Positions 51,974 to 61,396 of a stretch of DNA of 64,000 bases are shown one piece after another (the stretch's first letter is position 1; each line of letters opens with the position of its first letter). The stretch spans positions 147,548 through 211,547 of the forward strand of contig JALNKA010000001.1 of assembly GCA_023261815.1 (NCBI GenBank). Reading direction: 5' to 3'. Source of the stretch: Candidatus Wolframiiraptor sinensis (lineage in GTDB: Archaea; Thermoproteota; Nitrososphaeria_A; Caldarchaeales; Wolframiiraptoraceae). Under the pieces are notes generated by a model. That model made no database searches. It was not told the DNA's origin and was given only the letters and a program-made list of their open reading frames with translations. The translations under genes were made by a program, and so were the position numbers.

Positions 51974-52226
51974 GCTTCATCCCCATCTTAAGCTCTCTCT
52001 CAAGAATCCTCAATCTCTCCTCATGCGACAGTAATCCTGACATGGTAAGCAGGTCGAAGGTATCCCGTTCTGGGTACATAGAGGCGGCGTGAGCATAGCG
52101 GTAAACTTGGCCCACCAAGCTCTCGAACGCCTCGCGCTCCTCCCTGAACAAAGCCCTCCTGAAATTCTTCCATCGGCAAAGCTCAAGCTCGAGCCTCTGC
52201 CGATATGTCAGCGTATTTCTTCCCAT
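51951..52226 (-). CDS. Small PolB2-associated protein (arCOG07300-like)
   Basis: MGR...YR......W..FRRAL...E..AF..L; overlaps the polB2 start. Confidence 0.78.
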   Translation of the reverse strand: MGRNTLTYRQRLELELCRWKNFRRALFREEREAFESLVGQVYRYAHAASMYPERDTFDLLTMSGLLSHEERLRILERELKMGMKLDARLAP

Positions 52227-52633
52227 TTCTGTTCATGCGTATCGTAAGTGGAGATTAAAAGGATGGAGGAGGTAGGTGAAAGTGCGAGCAAATAGGCTTC
52301 ATTTGAGGGGAGTATTGATGGCCAGTTTGGCCAGAGTCTGGAGGACAACATAACTCGCATCAGGAAGAGCATTTAACATATGAAGTCACCTTAATACGAT
52401 TCGACTTACTTTAACCGATAAACTTCACTTGAATGAATTCCTCAGCAACTGACGAGCCCCTCATCTCGCTTAGAGCTTTCGCTCAAAGGTCGCGAGATCC
52501 AACCTAACTTCTACTAAAGCTCATGGTTGATTATGGGAGGAGAAACTTATCCGGGGATGTGTGTATCGCTGGAATGACAATTGCTCTACATTTACTAGAT
52601 AATTTTATATACTAGTTACCTTGTCATTCTACT

Positions 52634-52879
52634 ATGGAATCAGAAGGAGAGATCGTCAAGGTTACGAGAAATTTTCAGGTTACGATACCAAGCCGGATAA
52701 GATCTAGAGCCGATATCAGGGAGGGTAGTTTTGTAAGAGTAATTTACGATGAGGTTGAGGGCGTGATTAAGATAATTCCGCTGAAGAGAAAGAGATTGAC
52801 AGTGACCCTTGGCAGGCAGATCATGGTAGAGGAAATAGAGAAGACCGTTGAGGAGATGCTCGATGAGACTACTTCCTGA
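52634..52879 (+). CDS. vapB: AbrB/MazE-type antitoxin
   Basis: VKVTRNFQVTIPSRIR...IREG; upstream IR GAATGACAA/TTGTCATTC. Confidence 0.9.
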   Translation: MESEGEIVKVTRNFQVTIPSRIRSRADIREGSFVRVIYDEVEGVIKIIPLKRKRLTVTLGRQIMVEEIEKTVEEMLDETTS

Positions 52880-53267
52880 TACTAATGTCCTGGTCTATGA
52901 TACTATAGAGGATAGTCGTCATCATAAGGAGGCAGCGAAGATCATAGATTCTGCAGGCGAGATCTTCATGCCGCTGATAGTCATCCATGAATACATTTGG
53001 GTTATGCTGAAGCTATCCATAAGCCCTGCCATAATATCCGCAAAGATTCATGAATATCTTGAGGATGTAAGAGTGAGACCTATTCATGAATCCATTAAGG
53101 TGATGGATGATGCGCTCAGAATGCTCGAGGAAGAAAAGGCCCCTACAAAGGACATCAACGATTATGTCATCCTCTCCCTAGCACTAAACAATGACCTGAC
53201 ACTTGCAACCTTCGACAAAGAACTAAAAACAATAGCCTTAAGAAAAGGCGCGGCTGTCATTCCATAA
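52863..53267 (+). CDS. vapC: VapC PIN-domain toxin
   Basis: LPDTNVLVY, IHEY, INDYVI, ATFDKEL. Confidence 0.9.
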   Translation: MRLLPDTNVLVYDTIEDSRHHKEAAKIIDSAGEIFMPLIVIHEYIWVMLKLSISPAIISAKIHEYLEDVRVRPIHESIKVMDDALRMLEEEKAPTKDINDYVILSLALNNDLTLATFDKELKTIALRKGAAVIP

Positions 53268-53577
53268 CGCGCAGTCCCATGCTCACTCGTGACAATGCTC
53301 ACACCATATTAAAGATTTGAAAACATATTGCATGATTTTTACACCTCTTTATGGTTAAAAATTCTCTGGCTTTAGTCTTCGGGATAATGTATCAAGCTGG
53401 ATGTTAGAATCAAGGAATCGATATAAGGAATAGTGGTGAGCATAAGGGAAGCACTGCCTTAGCGACTTTGAAAGCCTACGTTATGATTTTAATTCCTTAA
53501 TAACCACTATCCTGGTAAACGAGAACAATCACGCCCATTTTTATGGATCTGATAACCATCACAGTCCCTCAACATCG

Positions 53578-53925
53578 TCATTCTTGATTGGCTTGAGGAC
53601 TTCTTCTTTCCAACCACTCCACGATATATTTAATGAAGGCATTGAGGTCTGAGAGCTTTGCCTGGAGAAGGATGTATGGTATGTCTTTGTAGCGTTCTGG
53701 CCTTTGAAGCTGGAGGGAAGAAATGATCTCATTTCCAACATCTATCATGCACTCAATGGAAACTTGAAGATATCTTTCAACGGCTCCTCTTATCTTGAAG
53801 TCGTTTACGAGATCCTCCATGGAAACCGTCTGCAGTTCTTTCAGGAACCCTATGTATTCCCTCAGCTTGCTAAGCTTCGCTATAACTAGGCTTTTCTCTA
53901 CGCTAGGACCATTTTCGTGAAACAT
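53578..53925 (-). pseudogene. DUF86 HEPN (HepT-like) toxin with in-frame deletion of the RNxxxH motif
   Basis: AVERYLQVSIECMIDVGNEII...PERYKDIPYILLQAK|LSDLNAFIKYI; no R-x4-6-H present. Confidence 0.75.
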
Positions 53926-54383
53926 TCTTCATACCTCTCCATGGCTCTTTTGAAATCGAGATATTCATCCTCAGCTTTTGCCTCAAATTCTATCCTGGCT
54001 CTCTCATCGCTACAATGAATCACTATACCATGTTTTATTACCTGATGCTTGAGTAATGGGGGAGCCGTGTTTAGAATTATCAAATCTACTTCGCCACTCG
54101 ATGCCTGTGATAATTTATTAACTAAGTGTAAATAATATTCGAGTATTTTATGGGGTGGAGTGGATAAAAGAACAGCTACGTCTACGTCGCTTTTGACGGT
54201 TTGATTGCCCCTCGCATATGACCCAAATAGATAAGCAACTAATACTTCACGCTCTCTTTCGAAGAGGGCCCTTAAATTTCTAATTACTTGGTCTTCCAAC
54301 TCTCCCCCTTCCCCCAACTGAATCTCCATGGAATGATTTAACTGTTGACCAGTCGCTAGATGCATCACGACCGATAAAGACAT
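53898..54383 (-). CDS. MntA-type nucleotidyltransferase antitoxin
   Basis: AYLFGSYARG....SDVDVAVL, VDLIILN.APPLL...V...G. Confidence 0.9.
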   Translation of the reverse strand: MSLSVVMHLATGQQLNHSMEIQLGEGGELEDQVIRNLRALFEREREVLVAYLFGSYARGNQTVKSDVDVAVLLSTPPHKILEYYLHLVNKLSQASSGEVDLIILNTAPPLLKHQVIKHGIVIHCSDERARIEFEAKAEDEYLDFKRAMERYEECFTKMVLA

Positions 54384-54503
54384 ACCTCATGATCCATTAT
54401 TTACTTGATTGTTAGCGATGTGAATGTTAAAGATAGTTCTGGAAAAATTCAAATCGCAACGTTTCTAAGAAATTAGCACCTATTACGTTTTTTCTCCCTA
54501 TTC

Positions 54504-55873
54504 ATGCTTATATTGCTGGTATTGCATGGAATTTTCAGCTCAGAGCATCTATATCTATTGATGGTATTGCCGTTGATAGCTTCATTCATCGTTCTTGTTG
54601 CATTAATTAGGGCGAAAGAGATGGGCAGAAAAACTTTAACTTTCATTAAAGTAGCTTCTATCCTCTCACTAGCATCCGGAATCGCCTTCTGTTGCGCCAC
54701 TAAATTATCAGCATTCAACATCATTTTGGTTCTCGCGTTTATCTTACCAGTCACAATAATTGGTCTCCGTTTAAGATACATAATCCAGCCATTAATTGAA
54801 TATCATTCGTCAGAAAGTGTGTTGAAGGGCGCTCCCATTAGCAAAATTACATATGCAAAGATAGAATATCATCATGGGCCATTAAATGGACAATGTACTA
54901 TTTCACCAATAGATATAGTCGCAGAGCCGCTTATCTCAGGAAACGATATTTCCACAACTCTAACATGTAGATTGAATTGCAAAATGGTTAGATTGCATGA
55001 AGGATGCGGACTCTTGTTAACTTTGAAGTTGATAGTTCCGTCAAGTTATTTAGGAGAAGATATTGAAGAGGAGCTCGCGTTTCATGGCATCAACATCTAC
55101 ATAGATAGCACTCATTACTCTTCGATAACATTCTATGAGGGCTCTGAAGGCGCTCCAGTAAGACCGACCTCAGTAACGGTAATGAAGCCTGCGAAAATCA
55201 GCTTTCTATACTTCAACCTTTGGTTACCGGCATTTCGGAAGGATCACATATGCTTGCGGCGATTTTAATAGATCGCTCTGGAGGAACATTATTTGCAGAT
55301 GTAACATCATTCGAGATATTTGAATGGATGCAGGAGGGAGAGGTTTGGCGCCCGTCCCGATAAAAATAATTTCTCATAAACTTGACCAAGTTATGAGGGA
55401 TTTAATGCATTATCATTATAAGATGGGGAAGCTGGACTCCGTGCAAGAAGTTACCCGTACTGTTTTCGACAACTTTATCAACAATAGAAATAATGGAGGT
55501 TGATTCTGAAGAATATTTCATAATGGCGATCGAATTTAGCTTGAGTGTGTTAGATTACAACAACCTATATTCGATTAAAATTTATGTTGATGGTGAAGAA
55601 TTTTATAAAATCCTTTTAATGGAAGCTTTACATCTACTCAAGGATCATAGATACATTGTAAAGATACCACATTTGCCACCATTAACACCAAGGAAAGGGA
55701 AACATTCAATCCTATTAAAGTTGCTTAAGCAAGACTTTCTTTTAAAGAGAGAGCAAACGCTCTCCACGCGCATAATCCAGTTCACATATCCCCCTGCCAA
55801 AAAACATGAAGTAAAAAGACGAAAGCGAAAAAGGAAATTGAGGAAGAAGTCTCCTAAAGAGGTCATTAAGTAA
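54504..55873 (+). pseudogene. AT-rich hypothetical membrane protein locus, probably fragmented (ORFs 54504-55268 and 55493-55873)
   Basis: N-terminal TMs; alternative frames stay open across much of 55230-55490. Confidence 0.4.
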
Positions 55874-56344
55874 ACATCCCCTTTACACTTAAACTTTCTT
55901 AAAATATTCTTGGAAAAATTAGCCCCAGCTCAAGAGTTCAGCCAATATACTTTTCGGTATTACCATAATCAAGATCACCTTCCGACATTTTATCCATATT
56001 CCGCCGTTCCCTTCAACGGAATCTTTTTATTGAGACAGCTTCGCGCTTCACCTGATTTCCCGAATTTTCTCTGGGCTCCATTATCTCGCGTATCTGCCGA
56101 CTTATACTAGCTGAATTCTTCTTAAGAGCGAGCAATAAATGGAGGATGATAATCAAGATTCTAACGTACAAGCCAAGAGTGATGGTGCTTGATTTAGGGG
56201 GTGGGTGGGGGCTACAGATGTGGAATATTGCATTGGGTGCTTGATGAGGCTGATGAACCTCAGGGGCTACGTAGTCTCTTGATAGGTTTGCACATTCCGG
56301 AACCCAATGCTTATAAAAGGCGTGGAGAGATTAATAAGGGTAGA

Positions 56345-56980
56345 ATGGCAGTAGATGTGAAGAGGGAGGTCCTGAGGCTCTTAAGGGAGGATGAGGAATT
56401 TAGGTATGCCGTAGCTGGGCTCCTCGGATTAGAGGAGGTGTTGAGGAGGCTTGATAGGCATGGAGAGGAACTGGTAAAGCTAAGAGAAGAGCTGGTAAAT
56501 TTGAGAGAAGACATGAACCGTTTGAGAGAGGACACGAACCGTTTAAGGGAGGACATGAATAAGTTGAGAGAGGATATGATGAGGGGCTTTGAGACAATGG
56601 AGCGCCACATATCTGCCATAGGTGCTAGGTGGGGATTAATGGCTGAGTCCGTTTTCAGGGAAGGTCTTAGAGGGATCTTAGAGAATGAGCTGGGCCTAAA
56701 GGTTGAGAGGTGGAGGGAGTATGACGATGCTGGAGAAGTCTACGGTTATCCAAGCTATGTTGAGGTGGATATCTCGTTAAAAGATGAGAAAACTATACTG
56801 GTGGAGGTGAAGTCTCATGTCAGCTCATCCGATATCTTCGAGCTCTCGAGGAAAGCTAAATTCTATGAGAAGAGAACTGGAAGATCTCCAAGCAGAATAT
56901 TGATAGTAACACCATTCGCTGATGAGAGAGCATTAGAGGCAGCAATACATTTGGGAGTAGAGATATACACGAAGATTTGA
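56345..56980 (+). CDS. DUF3782-like coiled-coil plus PD-(D/E)xK protein
   Basis: LLREDEEFRYAVAG, LREDMN heptads, IGARWG..AE..FR.G, VEVDI..ILVEVKS. Confidence 0.85.
   Translation: MAVDVKREVLRLLREDEEFRYAVAGLLGLEEVLRRLDRHGEELVKLREELVNLREDMNRLREDTNRLREDMNKLREDMMRGFETMERHISAIGARWGLMAESVFREGLRGILENELGLKVERWREYDDAGEVYGYPSYVEVDISLKDEKTILVEVKSHVSSSDIFELSRKAKFYEKRTGRSPSRILIVTPFADERALEAAIHLGVEIYTKI
56480..56584 (+). repeat. Five 21-bp coding tandem repeats (LREDMNR-type)
   Basis: LREELVN LREDMNR LREDTNR LREDMNK LREDMMR. Confidence 0.75.
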
Positions 56981-57262
56981 GGAAAATTGTTATAATTATG
57001 GTCACAGTTCAGGTGAACTCTATTAATGATCGGAATAATAGCTGTAGCGGCAATGATTGCAGCTGCTGCGACATTGTTAACGATGAGGCGAAAGTAAAAG
57101 CACCATTTTATTACAGCTTAATCCAGTTTCACGCGTGAGACTACTTTCAAGTATTTCTACGAGGATCTGGCGGGTTTTTCGAGGTTATTAGAAATTAATA
57201 TACAGTTTTTGGTATGACAGTATGGTAATTCTTTTATAGCGTTTATGGTAATACCATATGGT

Positions 57263-57496
57263 ATGTCCAAGGTCATTACTCTCAAGGTTAGCCCGGAGAT
57301 AAGGGAGCGGATGAAGAAATTTAGAGGTAAGGTGAATTGGAGCGCGGAGATAAGGAGGTTTATACAGCAAAGGCTTGAGGAGCTTGAGAGGGAGGAGAGG
57401 CTTAAGTCTCTTGCCGAGGAGCTTAAGAATGCTTCTTGGAGTGTTCCACAAGGATTTTCCAAGAGGTCGGTGAGGGAGGATCGTGACGGTCGTTGA
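57263..57496 (+). CDS. vapB: VapB antitoxin (RHH)
   Basis: VITLKVSPEIRERM......VNWSAEIRRFI; upstream TATGGTAAT repeats and TACCATATGGTA palindrome. Confidence 0.88.
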   Translation: MSKVITLKVSPEIRERMKKFRGKVNWSAEIRRFIQQRLEELEREERLKSLAEELKNASWSVPQGFSKRSVREDRDGR

Positions 57497-57875
57497 TGCC
57501 TCGGTAATAACAGCCATAATCCTAAGGGAGGATAACTATGAGAAGTTACTACAGCATCTAAAGAATTCCATAACCCTAGATCAAGCCTTTAAAGAAGCCT
57601 CCAATGCGATCTGGAAAGCAGTGATGAGAGATCATCTAAGCGGAGAAGAGGCCGTAAAAGCCTTCAGCCTCTTAAAAATGATGAAGGGGATCCTCGAGAT
57701 AAGAAATGAAGACGAATACCTGGACGAATCATTTAAAATCGCCCTGGAGACCGGATTAACCATCTACGACTCCCTATACTTGGCATTAGCACGATCCGAG
57801 AAAAGGCCACTATTAACACTAGATGAAAATCAAAGAGAAGCCGCTAAGAAGCTCGATATACCCATCTTCTATTGA
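57483..57875 (+). CDS. vapC: VapC PIN-domain toxin
   Basis: VVDASVI, KEASNAIWK, TIYDSLY, LLTLD. Confidence 0.9.
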   Translation: MTVVDASVITAIILREDNYEKLLQHLKNSITLDQAFKEASNAIWKAVMRDHLSGEEAVKAFSLLKMMKGILEIRNEDEYLDESFKIALETGLTIYDSLYLALARSEKRPLLTLDENQREAAKKLDIPIFY

Positions 57876-57999
57876 TTCTCGGCAACCGAGTTTTGTTTAG
57901 ACTAGCGATTTTATGAGCCCTCCATCAACTTGTATGACTGCTCCGGTTATGTAGCTGGCTTTCTCTGATGCTAGGAAGACCACTAAATTGGGTTCTGAG

Positions 58000-59177
58000 T
58001 TAAGTAGGAATATATAGTGAATTGTTACTTTCATTCCTACTTAACCCTTCCCTCTCGATTAGCTCATCGAGGGCTTTTGGGGAGAACCCGATTCCCCACA
58101 TCCTGAGGATGTTGATGCAAGCTACAAAATGTCTGTCTGCCATAAATCCGCAACCTTCGCATTTAAAGACCTGCCCATTTGTCTTGGACAAACGCCCGCA
58201 TCTTGGACAGGTCTTGCTCGTGTTCTTAGCTGAAACATAGTGTGTTTTGTAGCCATGCCACGCCATTTTGTACTCAATGAAGTCTTGGATTTTCCTATAG
58301 GGTAGGAAGGAGACTTTTCTATTCCTACGCTTAGCGTATTTATTCCTCGTCGCGTTGTAGCTTAACCCCTTTAGTTTCTCGAGGATCGGGGTAACGCCGT
58401 TTTTAACGAATTCTCTAACGATTGACGTGGTTATTTCATGAAGGATGTCGTTGACCCTTCTTTTCTCACGCTTAGAGTATTTCTCCATAAGCATCTTCGA
58501 AGTCTTGGGCTTGAATTTGGACAAAGCTTGGATTTTTCTACGCTTCTCAAAATAATGAACCCTTACGCTGTACAGTTTCTTAAGGTCGATTTTCCGATAC
58601 CCTAACCCATCCTTTGCTTCAAGTATGTCTAAGCTCATTAGGTTGACGTCTACTGAAGCGTAGCCACAGGGCTTTTTCTCTTCAACCTCTTTCCTGAAGG
58701 TTACAATCGCTCTATTGTTGAGTAACGTGATTTCCCCCACCTTTAACTTTCCCTCTCTCCATCCCTCAACAAATTGTCTTTGATAGGAGCTTATGACCAG
58801 CGGAACTTCGATCCAGCTGTAAGGTTTTGTTGTAACGGCTATTTTATCTCCTCTGAAACGCATAAGCTCCTTCTGGAGTCTCATGGCTGAGGCCTTGAAG
58901 GTCGGAGGCTTATCGGGGTCAGCTCTCCCCTTCTTCACGAGTCTCTTCCAGGAACGTATTATTCCGCACGCCACCCTGCAAGCCGATATGCAGTAGTGGG
59001 TTGCAAATCCGTACTTTTGCTTGAAGTGGTTGTAGAGCGCCTCTCAAGCTTCATTGGAGAGCTGATCTTGTTCTTTAAGGCATAAGCTATACATTCGTTA
59101 ACCATTTGATTAAAGGTCTCAAGCAGAGGCTTGACATCGGCATTATGCTTGAAAATCACTGCTTTAACCACTTCCAT
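58000..59177 (-). CDS. tnpB: TnpB RNA-guided nuclease homolog, 1-bp frameshift at 59040-41
   Basis: SVDVN (RuvC-I), ILEKL (RuvC-II), TSKTCPRCG..FKCEGCG, ADRHFVACINI (RuvC-III with His). Confidence 0.88.
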
Positions 59178-59355
59178 CCCTGCGCCCGCCTCTCAGGATC
59201 TTCTCTATGTCGCTTTTGTAATAGCGCAGTCTTCCGCTTGGAAGGCGAACCGCTCTTATGAGCCCCTTCTTATACCATAGCCATAGAGTCTTGTTGCTGA
59301 CTTTAAGGATGGTTCTGGCTTCCTTCGGTGTAACGAGTTCTTCGTATGACATCAA
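59164..59355 (-). CDS. MerR-type HTH protein (IS607 TnpA DNA-binding domain only)
   Basis: TPKEARTILKVSNKTLWLWYKKGLIRAVRLPSGRLRY; no resolvase domain. Confidence 0.82.
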   Translation of the reverse strand: MMSYEELVTPKEARTILKVSNKTLWLWYKKGLIRAVRLPSGRLRYYKSDIEKILRGGRRDGSG

Positions 59356-59598
59356 AGAAATATTAGAAACGAGCTAATATTTAAGTTCTATCTATTCTGA
59401 AACTGCTGCATAGGCGGTTATTAAGCTGCTTAGAGAAAAGGTCATCGTTTGAACCATGAGGAGTGCTCCATAACCTTCTCTTAGGGCTTTAACGCGGCCA
59501 CACATCTCGATGTAGGTTCTGATGAGCATCAGCTTAATGCTGAACGAATCGATCTAAACATTTATATATGATCCAAGTATTGATGCTTGGGTGCTTAG

Positions 59599-59838
59599 AT
59601 GCCTAAGCGTACAACCATACTGCTTGATGAAGACGTGTACAGGAAGATCGTGGAGGAGAGCTTGAGAAGATACGGTACCACGAAGGCCTTATCCGAGGTC
59701 GTAAACCAATTAATTAGAAAGGCTCTTAGAAATGAGTCTGAACTTCTGAGCCTCATATTCTCCGACAAGATTGCTAAAACCACCTCAAAGGAGTTCGAGG
59801 CATTCCGCAGGAAGCTCTCTGAGAGGCTGGAGGCTTGA
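59599..59838 (+). CDS. vapB: Antitoxin (RHH/CopG-like)
   Basis: KRTTILLDEDVY..IVEES..RYG...ALSEVVN. Confidence 0.82.
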   Translation: MPKRTTILLDEDVYRKIVEESLRRYGTTKALSEVVNQLIRKALRNESELLSLIFSDKIAKTTSKEFEAFRRKLSERLEA

Positions 59839-60263
59839 TCATCGATACCATCTATCTCCTGCCTCTGGCCAGGATAGCTATCGACACGGATCTACTGGAA
59901 GCAATCGCTAAAGGAAGAGCTAGCTTGAAGTTTGAGGAGATAGCCATCAACTCGATCTCGATCTTCGAGCTTCAAGCCAAAGCCGCAAGACTCTCGGTGC
60001 CCGCTGAGTTCGTTATTAAGGCGGTTGAGGTAATAACCAGCTCATTTAGGATAATACCATTTCACAGGAGTGACATAATTGAGCTCAGCTATCAGCTAAA
60101 AACAATCATCCCAGACTACCTCGACTGCGTGATAATAGCGACCGCAGTAGCGGAGAAAGAAGACCTAGTCACCGAGGATTCTCTAATACTTGCCCAGGCA
60201 GACAGGCTGGAGAAAGAATATGGCATAAGAGTGATGAGCTATAGAGAAATCGTAAGACAATAG
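59835..60263 (+). CDS. vapC: VapC PIN-domain toxin
   Basis: IIDTIYLLP, SIFEL, DYLDCVI.ATA, LVTED. Confidence 0.88.
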   Translation: MIIDTIYLLPLARIAIDTDLLEAIAKGRASLKFEEIAINSISIFELQAKAARLSVPAEFVIKAVEVITSSFRIIPFHRSDIIELSYQLKTIIPDYLDCVIIATAVAEKEDLVTEDSLILAQADRLEKEYGIRVMSYREIVRQ

Positions 60264-60403
60264 ATTATTAACGTTAGGAACCAGATCCGCTCAAAAGCTA
60301 ATTGTTGAAGGAAATCGGAAGGGATGTCAGAAAACTTAACTTATCTGAGGCTTAGTTAAGTATAAATAGTAGTCTCAAATAGGATTACCAAATGGTGATC
60401 TGC

Positions 60404-60634
60404 ATGGGTAAGCTTGTGAACGTCTCTGTAAAAGTCCCAAAGGAGCTTAGAGACCTCATGAGGAAAGTTGATGTTAACTGGAGTGTGTATCTGAGGGAGG
60501 CCATAGAAATGAAGGTGAGCATAGAGCTGAGTAAGATGGCGCTCAATACTCTCGATGAGATACGGAGGAGGGTTCAGGAGATACCGATGGAGGAGCTGGT
60601 TAAATGGATCAGGGAAGACAGGGAGATAAGCTGA
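60404..60634 (+). CDS. vapB: VapB antitoxin (RHH)
   Basis: VSVKVPKELRDLM..VDVNWS.YLREAI. Confidence 0.87.
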   Translation: MGKLVNVSVKVPKELRDLMRKVDVNWSVYLREAIEMKVSIELSKMALNTLDEIRRRVQEIPMEELVKWIREDREIS

Positions 60635-61056
60635 AGATCGTTGTTGATGCGAGCATCGTGGCTAAATGGATTATCCCCGGAGAAAAATGGGAGAGAAATG
60701 CGAGAGCCCTGGCCGAGGATATAGCTTATAGGCGGGTCGAGGCGCATGCCCCTTCATTAATACTGTACGAGCTAGCCTCCGTGATAAGCAAGGCGATACG
60801 CGCTGGAAAGATGAACTCGGCTGATGGGGCTAAAGCTCTTCAGGCCATAGGCTCCATAGGTTTAATCATCGATGATATATGTTGGGATGATCTGAGCGAA
60901 ATATTGAAGATAGCTGAATCAACGAAGCTAACAGTATACGATTCAGTATATGTATACTTGGCTAGGAAAATGGGTTGCAAACTATTGACAGCTGATACCG
61001 AAGTTAAAAATAAAGGCGGATCCATAACCGAGATAATCACGTTTGATGAATTTTAA
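60604..61056 (+). CDS. vapC: VapC PIN-domain toxin (real start possibly CTG 60631)
   Basis: IVVDASIVAKW, YELAS, TVYDSVY, LLTAD. Confidence 0.9.
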   Translation: MDQGRQGDKLKIVVDASIVAKWIIPGEKWERNARALAEDIAYRRVEAHAPSLILYELASVISKAIRAGKMNSADGAKALQAIGSIGLIIDDICWDDLSEILKIAESTKLTVYDSVYVYLARKMGCKLLTADTEVKNKGGSITEIITFDEF

Positions 61057-61119
61057 TCATCCAAGACGATTATGAGCAATATATGCCGAAAGAACCTTTT
61101 TCGCTAAATTGCTCTATTT

Positions 61120-61273
61120 TCAGTAGCAGAAGGGGAGGACTTGGCTACTTAAGGCCCTCTAATACTTGCTCAAGCAGATAAATTGGAAAAGGAATACGGT
61201 GTAAAAGTAATGAACTATAGAGAAATTGTAAGATAGGTTACTAATTTTCAAGAGCTGGAGAGTTCTGCTCAAA
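61120..61273 (+). repeat. Diverged direct copy of the 3' end and downstream flank of vapC 59835-60263
   Basis: Aligns to ~60143-60296 (CTCTAATACTTGC.CA.GCAGA, CTATAGAGAAAT.GTAAGA, GCTCAAA). Confidence 0.75.
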
Positions 61274-61396
61274 GTTTTCAGCCCTTAAATTCGATTCGTC
61301 ATATAACCTTCATGGACGAGTTTATAAGAATTCATTCCTTAGCATTCTTATGTTTGGCTTCTTTTTATCAACTTTTCCAGCGACCCGGCTTGATCT

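Larger units (their letters stand above)
57990..59406 (-). mobile_element. Non-autonomous IS607-like element (HTH-only tnpA plus tnpB); ends approximate
   Basis: MerR-type HTH ORF overlapping tnpB; end-like motifs GTTTCAGAA (left) and CTCAGAAC (right). Confidence 0.7.
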
